DNA of 64,000 nucleotides from Candidatus Cloacimonadota bacterium (GTDB lineage Bacteria > Cloacimonadota > Cloacimonadia > Cloacimonadales > TCS61): assembly GCA_030600585.1 (NCBI GenBank), contig JAUVLU010000001.1, positions 57,071 through 121,070 of the forward strand, in the 5' to 3' direction. This document shows, piece after piece, positions 60,870 to 64,000 of this stretch (its first letter is position 1; each line of letters opens with the position of its first letter). The notes below the pieces were generated by a model. The model saw nothing but the letters and a program-made list of their open reading frames with translations, ran no database searches and was not told the origin of the DNA. Both the position numbers and the translations under genes were made by a program.

Positions 60870-61067
60870 TTGTCTTTCTGAGGAATCTTATAGCTTTACC
60901 CTCGAAGAATCTAATGAAATTCTTTTTGCTTTTCTCCCTTTCCTTTCGATTGAGATTCTTCCTGAGAACTACGTGCATGATACGTCAGAATGACAATTTA
61001 TTTTCCTTTCCACTTCTATATTCCAAACCATTCGCAAGGTTCATTAACCATTGCGGAGGTCGAATTT

Positions 61068-62480
61068 TCAAAACGATGTTACAATATCGAGGCGAACTCC
61101 ATCAAATTCTGCCTGATTTTTACAAACACCATTACGACAAACTAAACCGCCCTTTTCTTTTCCAATAAAAATTCGAACATCGGTATTCCATAAAATAGAA
61201 GCTGCAAATTCACCACCAATCCAGAATTCTCCATCGTTGCCTTCATTTGATTCGCCGAGTTGATTTTCTACAGTTATGGAAGCTGAATAATTTCCAATAG
61301 AAACATCGGTTTGCAATCTTGGTTCGAAGTGAGAAATATTCTCAGCACCGTTATCTTCTTCTTTATATTGATATTCTACTTTTATCATAACTGGAATATT
61401 TTTCAACATAAAATCAAGGCTCACGGCAGGTGTAAGTTCCTGATACCAGTTGTTTCCACTTTCGGTATTGATCTGCTCGAGAGCACCGTATTCTGATTTT
61501 ATAGAAAGATTATCAAAATCGTGTTTGAATTCACAATAAAGGTCAGATTGACGAACCTTGAAATTACTGTTCCAGCCTTCTGCATAATTTAATACAAATT
61601 CATTTTCATAGTTTGGAAGGAAGCGGATCTCGCCCATAAGTCCTTCTTCATCTTTGCCCGGATCCCATCCGTGTTCAAGCTGCTGTCCGCTATGATTTGC
61701 CATAGGCAGATCGGTAATTTTCGTATCAAAATTCTCATATTTTTTATAAACGGTTAGAAGTGTAAATTTACCAAGATAAGCAGTAGCGTTGGAATATATC
61801 CCTGTTCCACTCACATTATTTTCATCATTGCTTTTTGCGTACTCGGCATTGAGATCAAGCATATCATTGAAATAGTTCACTCTTCCTGTAAAAATATCAC
61901 ATTGATTATCTTCAAATTGCTGCTGCATTATATAACCACCACCAATTCTGAGATTATCTTTCAGGTTAAGATCAGCATCGACAGCAGCGATTTTGTCATT
62001 CTCATTTTCATCATCTACGTTTTTCATCAGTCCGTAAAAAATTTGAGCCTGCACTTTATCGAAGAAAGCTTGTGCATATCCGCCGGTGAGCCGAGAATCA
62101 TCCTCAAAATCGGTATCAAAATAATTATGCATTACCATTCCGCTGCCGATAACAGCATCGTAAGTTCCTGCTTTAAGGAAGAAATGATCAGATTCAAATT
62201 GCAGGAAATATTCATCGAAATAATTCTCATCTTCTTCAATACCTGTTTGCTCTGCGCTAAGGAAACGATCATATTTTGGTTTGTAATAATTGTATTTTAC
62301 ACCGGCAGACAGGTTATTATAAAATATTTGAAGTTGGAGTTTATCGGAGAAATAGTTTTGATATTCTTCACCAATATCACGTGTAATAGTTTGGAATTCA
62401 TTTAATATTGAGTAAGATATTTCTGCAAAAGCTGATGCAATAACCAGAAGAAAGAAAGCTGTTAATAATAATTTTTTCAT
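61068..62480 (-). CDS. DUF6029-like outer-membrane beta-barrel with C-terminal Cys pair
   Basis: Signal peptide, KAGTYDAVIGSGM, DEEGLMGE, GKEKGGLVCRNGVC...F.GVRLDIVTSF (terminal Phe). Confidence 0.75.
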   Translation of the reverse strand: MKKLLLTAFFLLVIASAFAEISYSILNEFQTITRDIGEEYQNYFSDKLQLQIFYNNLSAGVKYNYYKPKYDRFLSAEQTGIEEDENYFDEYFLQFESDHFFLKAGTYDAVIGSGMVMHNYFDTDFEDDSRLTGGYAQAFFDKVQAQIFYGLMKNVDDENENDKIAAVDADLNLKDNLRIGGGYIMQQQFEDNQCDIFTGRVNYFNDMLDLNAEYAKSNDENNVSGTGIYSNATAYLGKFTLLTVYKKYENFDTKITDLPMANHSGQQLEHGWDPGKDEEGLMGEIRFLPNYENEFVLNYAEGWNSNFKVRQSDLYCEFKHDFDNLSIKSEYGALEQINTESGNNWYQELTPAVSLDFMLKNIPVMIKVEYQYKEEDNGAENISHFEPRLQTDVSIGNYSASITVENQLGESNEGNDGEFWIGGEFAASILWNTDVRIFIGKEKGGLVCRNGVCKNQAEFDGVRLDIVTSF

Positions 62481-62488
62481 ATCTATCC

Positions 62489-62998
62489 TTACTCTTCGCT
62501 TTCTTCATTTTCTTCAGAAAATGTTTCCAACCATTTTATTATTATTTCTTTATAATGTTCTTCATCACCGCGTTTGTAACCGGTGTGATCATAAAGTATC
62601 TCGCCGTCCGGTGCGATTATTAAAGTGCGTGGGATATTCACGATATTGAATTGCTTTTGCACAACTTTTTTAGAATCAAAGAGAGTATGGAATTCATATT
62701 TATGTGATTTCACTTCAGCTATTGCTTTCCGTTTGGTTCTTGGTTTATCGGTGCAGATGGTTACAACATTCACATTTTCATATTCTTTATGTAATTCATC
62801 AAGTTTTGGCAATGCCTTTTTACATGGAACACACCAGCTTGCCCAAAAATCTAAAATTACAAGTCCTTCCTGCTGAAAATCAGAAAGCTTAACCATCTTG
62901 CCTTTCATATTTTCCAATTGGAAATCTTGTACTTTTTCTGCTGCAAAAAGTGATGCAGCAAACAGCACAATTAGTATTAAAGAAAAAAATCTGTTCAT
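62489..62998 (-). CDS. TlpA/ResA-like periplasmic thiol-disulfide oxidoreductase
   Basis: Signal peptide, DFQL, LDFWASWCVPC, cis-Pro NIPRT. Confidence 0.92.
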   Translation of the reverse strand: MNRFFSLILIVLFAASLFAAEKVQDFQLENMKGKMVKLSDFQQEGLVILDFWASWCVPCKKALPKLDELHKEYENVNVVTICTDKPRTKRKAIAEVKSHKYEFHTLFDSKKVVQKQFNIVNIPRTLIIAPDGEILYDHTGYKRGDEEHYKEIIIKWLETFSEENEESEE

Positions 62999-63011
62999 TA
63001 TTAATTCCTTA

Positions 63012-64000
63012 TTATCTTATAATATTTATTTCAATTACATTATATATTGTACAAGTATCGCCATTATAATGATCTTCTAAAGTTTGTATCCAGAGAACGA
63101 GAATCAAGTCATCAGGAAGCTGCTGATAACCCGATGCAAGTTGATCAAGACCGGAAATAGTGAACGTAACAAGTTCTTGCCGATTTAATGAAGATATATC
63201 AACGGTTTCACGCTTGAGTTCAATATTATGAAGATTTTCTCCGCTGTGATTTTGATGTTCCGTACTTAATTCTTCCATTAACACAGCCACAAGTTTTAAG
63301 TTATTTGTAGAAATTGATCCATCCAGTTCGATCTGCACGGAACCATTTAAAGTAGTACCGTTAATATCGGCTTGTGCATCTAAAAACTTAGCCGTTAACG
63401 GCTGTTCCATTAGTGGAACTATAACATCTTCAATATCCTGCTGGATAGTTACGGAAGAACCTGTGATAATTTCAGCATTACCATTTATTACAGTATAAGG
63501 CAGGTAACCATGATTTTCATAATATATAAGCAAAGGTGTGTTCCCGGGGTCTAAAATATCATTAATATGATATTCTACATAAGAGAATCTACTGCCGTAT
63601 TCTTCTTTAAGATTGTGAAGAGCTTCTTCAACGATCGGGCAGTTTACACAGGACATTGCTGTAAACATTTCGACCACTACATTACGCATATTAGCCTGAT
63701 TTCCATAAAACATATAGGAATTATCAGTTTCGATTAAAACATCAGATATGATAGTATCCATAAATGTTGTTTCTGAATCCGGGCTTGTAACCAGCAATCG
63801 CCAATCTATTGCAAAAGCATTTGTATCAATTATTACAGCTTCAAATGTTAAAGGCATATTTACATAAGAAAAAGCTTTATAAAAGTTTTCAACATCAGAT
63901 TTAATTAAGCCGTTGTTACTGTAATTATCGTGAAAGAATTCCATTATGTTAGTAACATCTTCTTTTGGCAGAATGGTTTCAATGGAATCTGCAAAAGTAT
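63012..64000 (-). CDS. Omp28-related thioredoxin-fold protein with an N-terminal NTF2-like segment; starts beyond the right edge
   Basis: RNVVVEMFTAMSCVNCP, VEYH, LPYTVING, LKLVAVLME, ILVLWIQ; frame open from 63944 to the window end. Confidence 0.8.
   Translation of the reverse strand, partial: TFADSIETILPKEDVTNIMEFFHDNYSNNGLIKSDVENFYKAFSYVNMPLTFEAVIIDTNAFAIDWRLLVTSPDSETTFMDTIISDVLIETDNSYMFYGNQANMRNVVVEMFTAMSCVNCPIVEEALHNLKEEYGSRFSYVEYHINDILDPGNTPLLIYYENHGYLPYTVINGNAEIITGSSVTIQQDIEDVIVPLMEQPLTAKFLDAQADINGTTLNGSVQIELDGSISTNNLKLVAVLMEELSTEHQNHSGENLHNIELKRETVDISSLNRQELVTFTISGLDQLASGYQQLPDDLILVLWIQTLEDHYNGDTCTIYNVIEINIIR

Overview
AT-rich bacterial chromosome segment, most consistent with an anaerobic FCB-group organism such as Cloacimonadota (inferred from many signal-peptide proteins ending in an NxPNPFNP...WNG.D...SSG.YF...KMLLxK sorting domain, a GWxTD protein and a tungsten AOR). 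Housekeeping genes include dnaE, priA, serC, rlmN, deoC, thyX, queH, PBP1A, ricT, yraN and an acyl-CoA dehydrogenase. The top candidate for a new system is at 57796-64000 (minus strand): an envelope redox gene cluster (Omp28-like CxxC protein, TlpA, DUF6029-like barrel with a C-terminal CxxxxC, a small sorting-domain protein). It ends in a gene the ORF track splits in two, which reads through an in-frame TGA as U-G-G-C followed by a SECIS-like hairpin: a predicted secreted thioredoxin-fold selenoprotein with PKD, beta-helix and sorting domains. A second notable locus (10025-20967) is a compact Agl-Glt-like ion-motor cluster. Also present: two C25 gingipain-like proteins (one with Cys->Ser), an ECF-sigma-linked block of secreted proteins, an MggS-like GT4 pair, and many nested palindromic REP-like elements, some inserted in frame into coding sequence. 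No rRNA, tRNA, CRISPR array or transposase was seen. Family assignments are from motif recognition, not database searches.
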